64,000 bases of DNA, taken from assembly GCA_046309355.1 (NCBI GenBank), contig JBKCPL010000023.1, positions 7,024-71,023 of the forward strand. The letters are read 5' to 3'. Source of the stretch: Bacteroidota bacterium. Lineage in GTDB: Bacteria > Bacteroidota > Bacteroidia > UKL13-3. Made by a program: the position numbers and the translations under genes. The notes beneath the pieces are model-generated. The model searched no databases. It had not been told where the DNA came from and was given only the letters and a program-made list of their open reading frames with translations. Shown piece after piece: positions 19,465 to 27,680 of this stretch (the stretch's first letter is position 1; each line of letters opens with the position of its first letter).

Positions 19465-20001
19465 ATGCGCTTAGCAAAACCACTCATTCGATTTCTGACT
19501 ATTATGGGTACACTATCCATTATCTGGTTTGTGGTGTACGAATTTAGCCTAAAAGCTAACGGTAAGCTTGATAAGTATATTACCGTGCATGTAACTGAAT
19601 ACGTGTGTTTTATGCTTAATGTAAGTGGCTATGAAACCTATTATAAAACTACACTCCGACTGGGTGAAGCATATATTTATTTTGTGCCGAAAATTAAACC
19701 TGTTGTGCGAATGGGAGCGTCATGCAACGGCCTGGAATTATTTGTCCTATTTATATTTTTTGTAGTATCCTATCCGGGCAGATGGATGTATAAAATTCCT
19801 TACCTTATATCGGGCCTCTTGGTTATTGACATCATTAATATTTTACGTTCGTACTGGCTTACGCTGATGGCCTATAACCGCTATCCCTACTTCGATTTGT
19901 TTCACCGGTACATATTTATAGCAATGATATACGGAGCAGTTTTCGGACTGTGGATGCTATGGGCTAACTATTTCAGTAAAAAGGGATATGAAAATGCATA
20001 A
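19465..20001 (+). CDS. xrtF: Exosortase family protein XrtF
   Basis: 178 aa from the ATG at 19465 (the track TTG start at 19432 lies in the terminator stem). Polytopic; Cys/Arg/His in exosortase order (GASCNG, NILR, FHRY); Bacteroidota context and partner gene downstream. Confidence 0.75.
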   Translation: MRLAKPLIRFLTIMGTLSIIWFVVYEFSLKANGKLDKYITVHVTEYVCFMLNVSGYETYYKTTLRLGEAYIYFVPKIKPVVRMGASCNGLELFVLFIFFVVSYPGRWMYKIPYLISGLLVIDIINILRSYWLTLMAYNRYPYFDLFHRYIFIAMIYGAVFGLWMLWANYFSKKGYENA

Positions 20002-20434
20002 CCGCACAGTTGCTTACTTGTTATTGCTCGTCCTTTTTATATTGGGGCTATTCAAAGACAAAATAACACCCGACTACCTAAACTCCCCGGTTGCTTTTTT
20101 CCTGAATCCCAATCACAAGCACTATTTGGGTGTTCTTCATTCGCATCTGTTATTGCCTCAATTTTGGCTAAAAGCATATCTGTTTACGGTAGCGTTTTGT
20201 ATCGTTCCTTACTTTATCATTAAACTACTCTATTCCACGCAATATGCTTGCTACACGCTTTATCTGCTGATTGCGCTTGCCGTAGCCCAGTACAGCATAG
20301 TATGGCTTGAAAATACTGAACTAAATGTGCATGTTTTACCCAAGATAAACCGCTACCTGCACTCTCCGTTTATTACCTTATTTCTTATAGCAGCATTAAC
20401 CCTCTACAAAAATGCAGATACTGAGCATTCCTGA
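19988..20434 (+). CDS. Exosortase F system-associated membrane protein
   Basis: 148 aa, about 4 TM helices; overlaps the xrtF stop by 14 nt. Position and size fit the obligate XrtF neighbour (TIGR04127, from memory). Confidence 0.6.
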   Translation: MKMHNRTVAYLLLLVLFILGLFKDKITPDYLNSPVAFFLNPNHKHYLGVLHSHLLLPQFWLKAYLFTVAFCIVPYFIIKLLYSTQYACYTLYLLIALAVAQYSIVWLENTELNVHVLPKINRYLHSPFITLFLIAALTLYKNADTEHS

Positions 20435-22124
20435 TCGGCTGTATGAATATTTAACAAACGAGAATAAACCTGAAAAAGGATTTACGCTGGGTTTATTCAG
20501 AATTGTATTTGCTGCTCAGCTGTTGCTATGGGCCTATCATACGCATGTATACAAAGCCTTGCTCTTCGATTCGGTAGCAGGAATTAGTAAAAGTGTTTTT
20601 CCTTTCAATGTTTTGCTGTTTCTGTGGATATGTGCACTCTCCTGCATACTTATAGGGCTTTACACTCATTTTGCTGCGGTAGCCAATTATGTATGCATCA
20701 TACTTATATCTGAAGTGTATGTTCGAAACGGTGTAGGTTCGTATTACGATGATGTGATGAAAATGGGTAGCATCTTACTTATAACTCTTCCTACGAATGC
20801 ACGGTTTTCTATTGACTCCATTCTTTTTCCTGCCTTACGAAACCAATGCACTAAACTTCACTATGTAGCAAGCTGGATTTTGCTATTCGGACTTATGTAC
20901 TTCATGTCAGGTAGTAGCAAAGTACTTTCACCGGTATGGCAAAAGGGACTTGGATTATGGACACCTCTTAGTATGCCCTATTGGAGGTACACTACCTGGC
21001 TTGACGGAATACAGGACATTAAGTGGTTAATGATGGTATTAAATTATGCTGTTATAGCATGGGAAATTGGCTTCGTATTTCTTTTATTCAGTAAGCGATG
21101 GCAAAAGGTCGCTATACTAGCCGGCATGTTGTTTCACCTCGCTATCGCTGCATGTTTTTATTTCCCTCAAACTGCACTGAGCTGCGCAGCGTGTTATGTG
21201 CTGTTTATACCTGACCACTTCTGGGAGAAGCTGTATGTAGCGATAAGTACATCAAAAAAAATTACCGTGTTTGTACCCGATACTCCTTTATCTGCCAGGT
21301 ATTTTCAGTTCATCAAGTCGCTTGACTTTCGCAACAAATTTATTCCTGCATACGATGCATATGAAGCTGATTTGATATTAAATAGCCGTCATGCTGTCGG
21401 AACTGCTCTGTCAGCCTATGTAGTATACAAACCGCTTTCGTGGTGGCTGTACACTAAAGTTCAATCCGGCACCGCAATACCAGCAAAACAACAGATGGCA
21501 CCTTACTTCCGGTTAAGTCAGCAAAATCTGGCACGTTTTGTTCTGCTGATTATTGGATTGTACGGTTTCTACCTCTGCGCATTTGTATACAGCAAATGGC
21601 GGCACCAAACCGATGAAGTGAAATCACCAACAACCTCATCCTATAGAGAAAGAGGTTTTAAGCTTACACCATTATCGATATGCCGCACCTTTTTAGGTAT
21701 AAACAGCAAAGCCGTATTTACGGACAAGGCAATGATGGCAAAACGTAGCTGTTATGCTATAACTTACCTACAAAATGGAAGAAGTTACTGGCTTCCTATG
21801 TTAAACCATCAGGGAATTGTAAGTCCGGATACAGACAAGCAGGGCAGCTGGTGGAAACTGCATCACTTTGCCATTACAGAGTCTCAAGAAGGATTAAATG
21901 AGCAAAACCTGATTAGAAATAGTGTGTATTTGTTACGTAAACAAGGGATTAACCTTCAGTCTACCCACTTCCGAGTACTTGAACGTCAGTATGTTCCACC
22001 TGATAAATTTGAACAGGGATACTATGCCAAAATGTATAAACTGCCCTGGTATACCTGTGGTTTTTTAGTGCCTGATAAGAATTTACTTCGGTTTATTCCT
22101 GCACGCTCCCACAAATCTGAATGA
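20412..22124 (+). CDS. HTTM domain (vitamin K-dependent gamma-carboxylase-like) membrane protein with a C-terminal extension of about 280 aa
   Basis: 570 aa; N-terminal GFTLGLFRIVFAAQLLLWAY is the hallmark start of HTTM domains; multiple TM helices to about aa 280; overlaps the upstream gene by 23 nt. Confidence 0.7.
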   Translation: MQILSIPDRLYEYLTNENKPEKGFTLGLFRIVFAAQLLLWAYHTHVYKALLFDSVAGISKSVFPFNVLLFLWICALSCILIGLYTHFAAVANYVCIILISEVYVRNGVGSYYDDVMKMGSILLITLPTNARFSIDSILFPALRNQCTKLHYVASWILLFGLMYFMSGSSKVLSPVWQKGLGLWTPLSMPYWRYTTWLDGIQDIKWLMMVLNYAVIAWEIGFVFLLFSKRWQKVAILAGMLFHLAIAACFYFPQTALSCAACYVLFIPDHFWEKLYVAISTSKKITVFVPDTPLSARYFQFIKSLDFRNKFIPAYDAYEADLILNSRHAVGTALSAYVVYKPLSWWLYTKVQSGTAIPAKQQMAPYFRLSQQNLARFVLLIIGLYGFYLCAFVYSKWRHQTDEVKSPTTSSYRERGFKLTPLSICRTFLGINSKAVFTDKAMMAKRSCYAITYLQNGRSYWLPMLNHQGIVSPDTDKQGSWWKLHHFAITESQEGLNEQNLIRNSVYLLRKQGINLQSTHFRVLERQYVPPDKFEQGYYAKMYKLPWYTCGFLVPDKNLLRFIPARSHKSE

Positions 22125-22151
22125 TAATCAGCAAATTTCATTAAAATTCCT

Positions 22152-22182
22152 TTTGCAGATAGTGTAATATGCCTTATACTTG
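22152..22182 (+). promoter_or_regulatory. Candidate promoter of rpsA (-33 TTTG / -7 TATACTTG)
   Basis: TTTG at 22152-22155, a 19-nt spacer, then TATACTTG at 22175-22182 (one mismatch to TAnnTTTG). Confidence 0.4.
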
Positions 22183-22215
22183 CAGGCTTTTTTAAGCGAA
22201 AGGAGAATTAAACAT

Positions 22216-24021
22216 TTGACAAACGAAAACCAACACTTAACACCTTCAGCCCCTGCGGCTGATTTCGACTGGAGCATGGACAAAGAGGGCTTCAGCAAGT
22301 ACTCAAACGAAGAGCAGGCAAATCTGGAAAGCCTGTACGAACAAACACTCAGCACCATTGCAGAGCGTGAAATCGTAAAAGGAACCGTAGTAGGTTTTAC
22401 AGAAAAAGAGGTCGTATTAAACATCGGATTTAAGTCGGATGGATTAATCCCTAAAACAGAATTCCGTGATATGCCTGAACTTAAGGCTGGCGATGTGGTA
22501 GAAGTACTACTCGAAAACAAGGAAGATCTTAATGGTCAGCTTGTACTATCGCGCAAGAAAGCAATCAGCGAGCGTGCCTGGGAAAACATCATTAAAGCTC
22601 AAGAAAACGATGAAGTTGTAAACGGATACGTAAAAACGCGCACCAAGGGCGGATTGGTCGTTGATGTAATGGGTATTGATACTTTTCTTCCGGGATCACA
22701 AATTGATACCAAGCCAATTAAAGATTATGATATTTACGTAGGTCAAACCATGCCATTTAAAGTGGTTAAGGTAAACAATGCCTTCAAAAACGTGGTTATA
22801 TCACACAAAGTGCTTATAGAAGAAGATATTGAGGCACAAAAATCAGACATCCTCTCGAAACTTGAAAAAGGTCAGGTACTGGAAGGTATGGTTAAAAATA
22901 TGACTTCATTTGGCGTATTTATTGACCTGGGCGGTGTAGATGGATTATTGCACATTACCGACATATCGTGGGGTCGTGTTAATCACCCGGAAGAAGTGCT
23001 GAAGATGGACCAGAAGATAAATGTGGTGGTGCTTGATTTTGACGATGAGAAAAAACGCATAAGCTTAGGTTTGAAACAACTTACTTCACATCCATGGGAT
23101 AGCCTGTCGGAGAAACTGGAAGTTGGTGCTGTAGTGAAAGGAAAAGTAGTAAACATAGCCGATTATGGCGCATTTCTAGAAATTGCACCGGGTGTTGAAG
23201 GCCTGATTCACGTATCAGAAATGAGCTGGAGCCAGCATCTTCGCAATCCTTCGGATTTCATGAAACTGGGTGATGAAATAGAAGCGAAAATACTGACCAT
23301 TGATAAAGAGGAACGCAAAATGTCTCTCGGTATTAAGCAGCTAAAACCTGATCCATGGTCAAATATTGCTGAAAAATATCCGGTTGGCTCAAAACATACA
23401 GGAGTTGTTCGCAATATGACTAATTATGGCTTATTCCTTGAATTGGAAGAAGGCGTAGATGGGTTAGTTCACGTAAGCGACCTTAGCTGGACTAAGAAAA
23501 TTAAACATCCTGCCGAATTTGTGAAGAAAGATCAACCGCTGGAAGTACTTGTTTTGGAAATGGACCTGGAAAACCGTAGATTGAGCTTAGGGCACAAGCA
23601 ACTGGATGAAAACCCATGGGATACATTTGAAACCATATTCACACCGGGTTCGGTACATGAAGGTACTGTATTAAAGGTAGAAGATAAGAGTGCCATTATT
23701 GCATTGCCATACGGAGTTGAAGGATATGCACCTATTAAACAGTTGCAGAAAGAAGACAAGAAAACAGCCAAGGAAGATGAAGTGTTGTCTTTTAAAGTGA
23801 CGGAGTTTAATAAAGAAAACAAACGCATAGTAGTATCGCATACTTCGGTATGGAAAGCGGATGCGGAAGAGAAGAAGGCAGACGAGACTAAGAAAAAAGA
23901 AGGCGAAAAAGAAAAAGCGTCCAAAGCAGCCAAAAAACTCAACGACAGCAATGAGAAGTCGACATTTGGTGATATTGATGCCTTGACTGAGTTGAAATCT
24001 AAAATGGAAAAAAGTGAGTAA
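22216..24021 (+). CDS. rpsA: 30S ribosomal protein S1
   Basis: Six S1 repeats (e.g. GQVLEGMVKNMTSFGVFIDLGGVDGLLHITD). There is no in-frame ATG upstream of the conserved ADFDW segment. I prefer TTG 22216 (AAGGAG sits 10 nt upstream) over TTG 22180, which lies in the putative -7 box. Confidence 0.9.
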   Translation: MTNENQHLTPSAPAADFDWSMDKEGFSKYSNEEQANLESLYEQTLSTIAEREIVKGTVVGFTEKEVVLNIGFKSDGLIPKTEFRDMPELKAGDVVEVLLENKEDLNGQLVLSRKKAISERAWENIIKAQENDEVVNGYVKTRTKGGLVVDVMGIDTFLPGSQIDTKPIKDYDIYVGQTMPFKVVKVNNAFKNVVISHKVLIEEDIEAQKSDILSKLEKGQVLEGMVKNMTSFGVFIDLGGVDGLLHITDISWGRVNHPEEVLKMDQKINVVVLDFDDEKKRISLGLKQLTSHPWDSLSEKLEVGAVVKGKVVNIADYGAFLEIAPGVEGLIHVSEMSWSQHLRNPSDFMKLGDEIEAKILTIDKEERKMSLGIKQLKPDPWSNIAEKYPVGSKHTGVVRNMTNYGLFLELEEGVDGLVHVSDLSWTKKIKHPAEFVKKDQPLEVLVLEMDLENRRLSLGHKQLDENPWDTFETIFTPGSVHEGTVLKVEDKSAIIALPYGVEGYAPIKQLQKEDKKTAKEDEVLSFKVTEFNKENKRIVVSHTSVWKADAEEKKADETKKKEGEKEKASKAAKKLNDSNEKSTFGDIDALTELKSKMEKSE

Positions 24022-24040
24022 CTCACATTCCCATATTGAA

Positions 24041-24072
24041 AAAATCCCGGCACCTGTGTCGGGATTTTTTTT
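24041..24072 (+). terminator. Rho-independent terminator after rpsA
   Basis: AAAATCCCG...CGGGATTTT stem (9 bp, extendable) followed by a T-run to 24072. Confidence 0.8.
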
Positions 24073-24084
24073 GCTCAAAAAGTT

Positions 24085-24092
24085 TAAGTTTG
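24085..24092 (+). promoter_or_regulatory. -7 promoter box TAAGTTTG, 6 nt upstream of the EVE gene ATG
   Basis: Perfect TAnnTTTG match; no clear -33 element at consensus spacing. Confidence 0.4.
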
Positions 24093-24098
24093 AACACA

Positions 24099-24506
24099 AT
24101 GAAACATTGGTTAGTAAAATCCGAGCCCTTCAAGTATAGCTGGGAACAATTCGTAAAAGACAAACGTACCTTCTGGGATGGTGTTAGAAACTATCAGGCC
24201 AGAAACAGTTTAAAGGCCATGAAGAAAGGCGACCTAGTGATGTGGTATCACAGCAATGAGGGCAAAGAAGTAGTAGGCATAGCTAAAGTAGCAAAAGAGT
24301 TTTACCAAGACCCCACAACTGATGATCCGAATTGGGTAGTAGTAGATTTGGTACCGTTTAAGAAACTAAAGAAAGCAGTAAGTCTGGAACAGATCAAAAA
24401 CGATAAAAGACTTTCAGAAATAGGACTTATACGGCAAGGACGACTCAGCGTAATGCCGCTAAAACAAACCGAATTTGACACCCTACTAGCACTATCCGAA
24501 ACATGA
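24099..24506 (+). CDS. EVE (PUA-like) domain protein
   Basis: 135 aa from the ATG at 24099 (track start 24036 is inside the rpsA terminator). MKHWLVKSEPFKYSWEQF...WDGVRNYQARN typical EVE start. Confidence 0.8.
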   Translation: MKHWLVKSEPFKYSWEQFVKDKRTFWDGVRNYQARNSLKAMKKGDLVMWYHSNEGKEVVGIAKVAKEFYQDPTTDDPNWVVVDLVPFKKLKKAVSLEQIKNDKRLSEIGLIRQGRLSVMPLKQTEFDTLLALSET

Positions 24507-24518
24507 TTGAATATTGCA

Positions 24519-24526
24519 TACATTTG
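24519..24526 (+). promoter_or_regulatory. -7 promoter box TACATTTG upstream of pyrR-pyrB
   Basis: Perfect TAnnTTTG match. It lies downstream of the track ATG at 24514, which argues for the ATG at 24550 as the pyrR start. Confidence 0.45.
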
Positions 24527-24549
24527 TACAAACACAAACACATCAGCGA

Positions 24550-25095
24550 ATGAACGCAAAGCCGATATTGGATAAAAAGAAATTTGCCATTACGATAGAT
24601 AGGTTGTGTTACGAACTCATCGAAAGGCATGGTGACTTTTCGCAAACTGCGCTCATCGGGTTACAGCCACGAGGCATATACCTTTCACGTAGAATTCACG
24701 AACGCATAAGTCAGTTGCTTAAAAACACCCGGATACTTTACGGTGAACTTGACATTGCATTTTACCGCGATGATTTCAGGCGTGGAAACGAACAGATATT
24801 GCCCAGTGAACTTAACATGAACTTTAGCGTTGAAGACAAACATATCGTTTTGATAGATGATGTGCTGTACACAGGACGCACCATCAGGGCAGCACTTGAT
24901 GCGCTAACTGATTTTGGCCGCCCTGCCAAAGTAGAGCTACTCACACTTATTGATCGCAGATACAGTAGGCATTTACCCATACAACCCGATTATGTAGGCA
25001 TGACAGTTGATGCCCGATCGAACGACAAAGTAAAAGTAGAATGGAAAGAAACCTCTAAAGCCGATACAGTTTACATCATAACCCCTACCGAATGA
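24550..25095 (+). CDS. pyrR: Bifunctional pyrimidine operon regulator / uracil phosphoribosyltransferase PyrR
   Basis: 181 aa; VLIDDVLYTGRTIRAALDAL PRPP-binding motif; ATGA overlap with pyrB. Confidence 0.88.
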   Translation: MNAKPILDKKKFAITIDRLCYELIERHGDFSQTALIGLQPRGIYLSRRIHERISQLLKNTRILYGELDIAFYRDDFRRGNEQILPSELNMNFSVEDKHIVLIDDVLYTGRTIRAALDALTDFGRPAKVELLTLIDRRYSRHLPIQPDYVGMTVDARSNDKVKVEWKETSKADTVYIITPTE

Positions 25096-26036
25096 GCGCT
25101 AACCAACTACCCAAAGAATTCAGTCAAAAACATCTGCTGGGCATTAAAGACCTAACCCGTAACGACATTGAACTCGTATTTGAAACAGCCGATAACTTTA
25201 AAGCCATTATCAACCGCCCCATCAAAAAAGTTCCTTCTCTGCGTGATATTACTGTTGCCAATATATTTTTCGAAAATTCTACCCGAACCCGTATTTCCTT
25301 TGAGCTGGCCCAAAAACGACTAAGTGCTGATGTGATAAATTTCTCTGCATCCTCTTCTTCTGTATCAAAAGGTGAAACGCTGATTGATACGGTCAAAAAT
25401 ATTTTAAGCATGAAGGTAGACATGGTGGTAATGAGACACCCTGCTCCAGGAGCCTGTATTTTCCTATCGAAACACATAGATGCACAAATTATTAATGCCG
25501 GTGACGGTACCCACGAGCATCCCACACAGGCTCTGCTAGACGCTTATTCTATACGTGAAAAACTGGGCGGTGTAAAAGGAAAAAAAGTGGTTATTGTGGG
25601 TGATATTTTACACTCAAGAGTTGCACTTTCAAATATACTTTGCTTACAAAAACTGGGTGCGGAAGTCATGGTGTGCGGACCAACAACACTTATGCCTAAA
25701 TACATACATACGCTGGGAGTAAAGGTAGAGAGCGACTTGATGAAAGCACTGAACTGGTGTGATGTAGCTAATATGCTTCGCATTCAGCTCGAACGGCAAG
25801 ATATTAAATACTTCCCATCATTGCGCGAATACAGTATGCTTTACGGATTGAATAAGAAAAGGCTGGATGAATTAAATAAAGAAATTGTCATCATGCATCC
25901 GGGACCCATCAACAGGGGTGTTGAAATAACCAGCGATGTAGCTGACAGTAAACACAGCATTATACTCGATCAGGTTGAAAACGGAGTAGCTACCCGAATG
26001 GCGATAATGTATTTACTGGCCGGAAAAAAAGTGTAA
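25092..26036 (+). CDS. pyrB: Aspartate carbamoyltransferase catalytic subunit
   Basis: 314 aa; FFENSTRTRISFE and HPTQALLD signature motifs. Confidence 0.95.
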   Translation: MSANQLPKEFSQKHLLGIKDLTRNDIELVFETADNFKAIINRPIKKVPSLRDITVANIFFENSTRTRISFELAQKRLSADVINFSASSSSVSKGETLIDTVKNILSMKVDMVVMRHPAPGACIFLSKHIDAQIINAGDGTHEHPTQALLDAYSIREKLGGVKGKKVVIVGDILHSRVALSNILCLQKLGAEVMVCGPTTLMPKYIHTLGVKVESDLMKALNWCDVANMLRIQLERQDIKYFPSLREYSMLYGLNKKRLDELNKEIVIMHPGPINRGVEITSDVADSKHSIILDQVENGVATRMAIMYLLAGKKV

Positions 26037-26100
26037 AACACAGCACGTATCTAATAGGCAATAATATTTCTTATTTTGCGCGTCAATAGCTCTTGTTCAC

Positions 26101-27108
26101 ATGAGTCAGAAAAAAGAAATTGTAGTTAGCGGAATTCGGCCCACAGGCAACCTGCATTTGGGAAACTATGAAGGCGCTGTGAAAAACTTCGTAAAAATGC
26201 AATACGAGTACGATTGCTATTTTTTCATAGCCGATTACCATTCGCTAACAACACATCCCAATCCAAAAGACTTACATCAGAATGTAAAAACCGTACTGGC
26301 TGAGTATTTGGCCTGTGGCTTGAACCCAGACGACTGTGCCTTGTACATACAAAGCGACCTTACCGAGATTCCTGAACTTTACATGCTGCTTAACATGCAT
26401 GCTTACCTTGGCGAACTGGAGCGTGTTGCGTCCTTCAAAGAAAAAGCCCGAACACAACCTAATAATATTAATGCCGGGCTACTCACCTATCCGGTTCTTA
26501 TGGCTGCTGATATTATCATCCACAAAGCCACTAAGGTTCCTGTGGGCAAAGATCAGGAGCAGCATCTCGAACTTGCCCGCACATTTGGTAACCGTTTCAA
26601 CCGCATGTATTCCTGCGATTTGTTTCCCGAACCACAGGCATTTAACTATGGCACTGATTTAATTAAAATTCCGGGCTTACATGGCGGGGGTAAAATGAGC
26701 AAAAGTGAAGGAGAAAATTCGGTTATAAATCTGTCCGACTCACCGGATGCTATTCGTAAAAAACTTAGCCGTGCAGTTACTGATTCAGGACCTGTCGAAC
26801 AAAACAGTACACCAACTCAATCTGTACAAAACCTGTTCGATTTGATGAAAGTGGTATCTGCAGTCGATACGCTAAATCATTTCATTCAGGCACATGCCTC
26901 GTGTACCATTCGCTATGGCGATTTAAAGAAACAACTGGCCGAGGATATTATAAGCTACCTCACCCCGGTGCGTGAACGTATACAGGATATTTATGCTGAT
27001 GAGCAGCTGCTTTCTAAGGCTGCCAAAACCGGTGCCGATAAAGCACGAGCAAGTGCTGCCCAAACATTGCGTGAAGCCCGTGAATTAATTGGTTTCAGGC
27101 CTTTCTAA
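26101..27108 (+). CDS. trpS: Tryptophan--tRNA ligase
   Basis: 335 aa; class I HIGH-like (TGNLHLGN) and KMSKS motifs. Confidence 0.95.
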   Translation: MSQKKEIVVSGIRPTGNLHLGNYEGAVKNFVKMQYEYDCYFFIADYHSLTTHPNPKDLHQNVKTVLAEYLACGLNPDDCALYIQSDLTEIPELYMLLNMHAYLGELERVASFKEKARTQPNNINAGLLTYPVLMAADIIIHKATKVPVGKDQEQHLELARTFGNRFNRMYSCDLFPEPQAFNYGTDLIKIPGLHGGGKMSKSEGENSVINLSDSPDAIRKKLSRAVTDSGPVEQNSTPTQSVQNLFDLMKVVSAVDTLNHFIQAHASCTIRYGDLKKQLAEDIISYLTPVRERIQDIYADEQLLSKAAKTGADKARASAAQTLREARELIGFRPF

Positions 27109-27152
27109 AGCACAATTTACATGGCCTGTACTACGTATTTTTAACTAAAAAA

Positions 27153-27608
27153 GTGTATACCTTTGTAGTGTTGAAATTTTTCAGAAACATAGTGTGCTGG
27201 CTGTTACTAATAAGCATAACACTTGGCTATGCGGGTATTCCTATGCATAAAATGATATGCCATGTGGATGGGCATACAGAAATAGCGCTATTCGGCAAAG
27301 CTGATGGCTGTTCACATGAAAATAAACGTGCTGCTAAAAAAAGCTGTTGCGAGACCGAGAAAACGGATGACCAAGGCAGCAACTGTTGCCATTTTGAGCA
27401 TACCTACAGCAAAATATACACCGATGCACAGGCTAATCAGGATGCCTATATTAAAACTGCAGTATACTGGCAAGAAAAAGTGTGTACGCTTGATGCATGC
27501 ATTGCTTTTATTCTACCACTTATATTTGACTACACTGCAAAGGCTCCACCGCCCAAGTTCCTGTATTCGTCCGATGCCTTATCGTATTTAGCGATTTATC
27601 GTATTTAA
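27153..27608 (+). CDS. Cys/His-rich membrane-anchored protein (possibly the HYC_CC_PP-type family)
   Basis: 151 aa (GTG start in track). N-terminal TM helix, MHKMICH, SCCETE, NCCHFEH and APPPKF motifs; the family name is from memory only. Confidence 0.5.
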   Translation: MYTFVVLKFFRNIVCWLLLISITLGYAGIPMHKMICHVDGHTEIALFGKADGCSHENKRAAKKSCCETEKTDDQGSNCCHFEHTYSKIYTDAQANQDAYIKTAVYWQEKVCTLDACIAFILPLIFDYTAKAPPPKFLYSSDALSYLAIYRI

Positions 27609-27680
27609 TAATTCATGTTTCATTCGATGCTCATGCCGCGTGCATAGCATTTTCTATTCACCTTATAAATTGAATGAATC

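Noticed and set aside
23532-24099. 173-aa and 142-aa ORFs on the - strand
   Set aside because: They are antisense to rpsA. Their low-complexity Ser/Phe-rich translations mirror the Lys/Glu-rich S1 tail, so they are shadow ORFs.
24507-24549. Looked for a PyrR-binding attenuator hairpin upstream of pyrR/pyrB
   Set aside because: The leader is very short after the -7 box, and I could not find the purine-rich PyrR binding loop or a terminator/antiterminator pair.
27304-27591. 95-aa alternative-frame ORF inside the Cys/His-rich protein gene
   Set aside because: The 27153 frame gives an N-terminal TM helix plus Cys/His motifs consistent with the neighbouring metal-type genes. The alternative frame is Lys/Arg-rich with no features.
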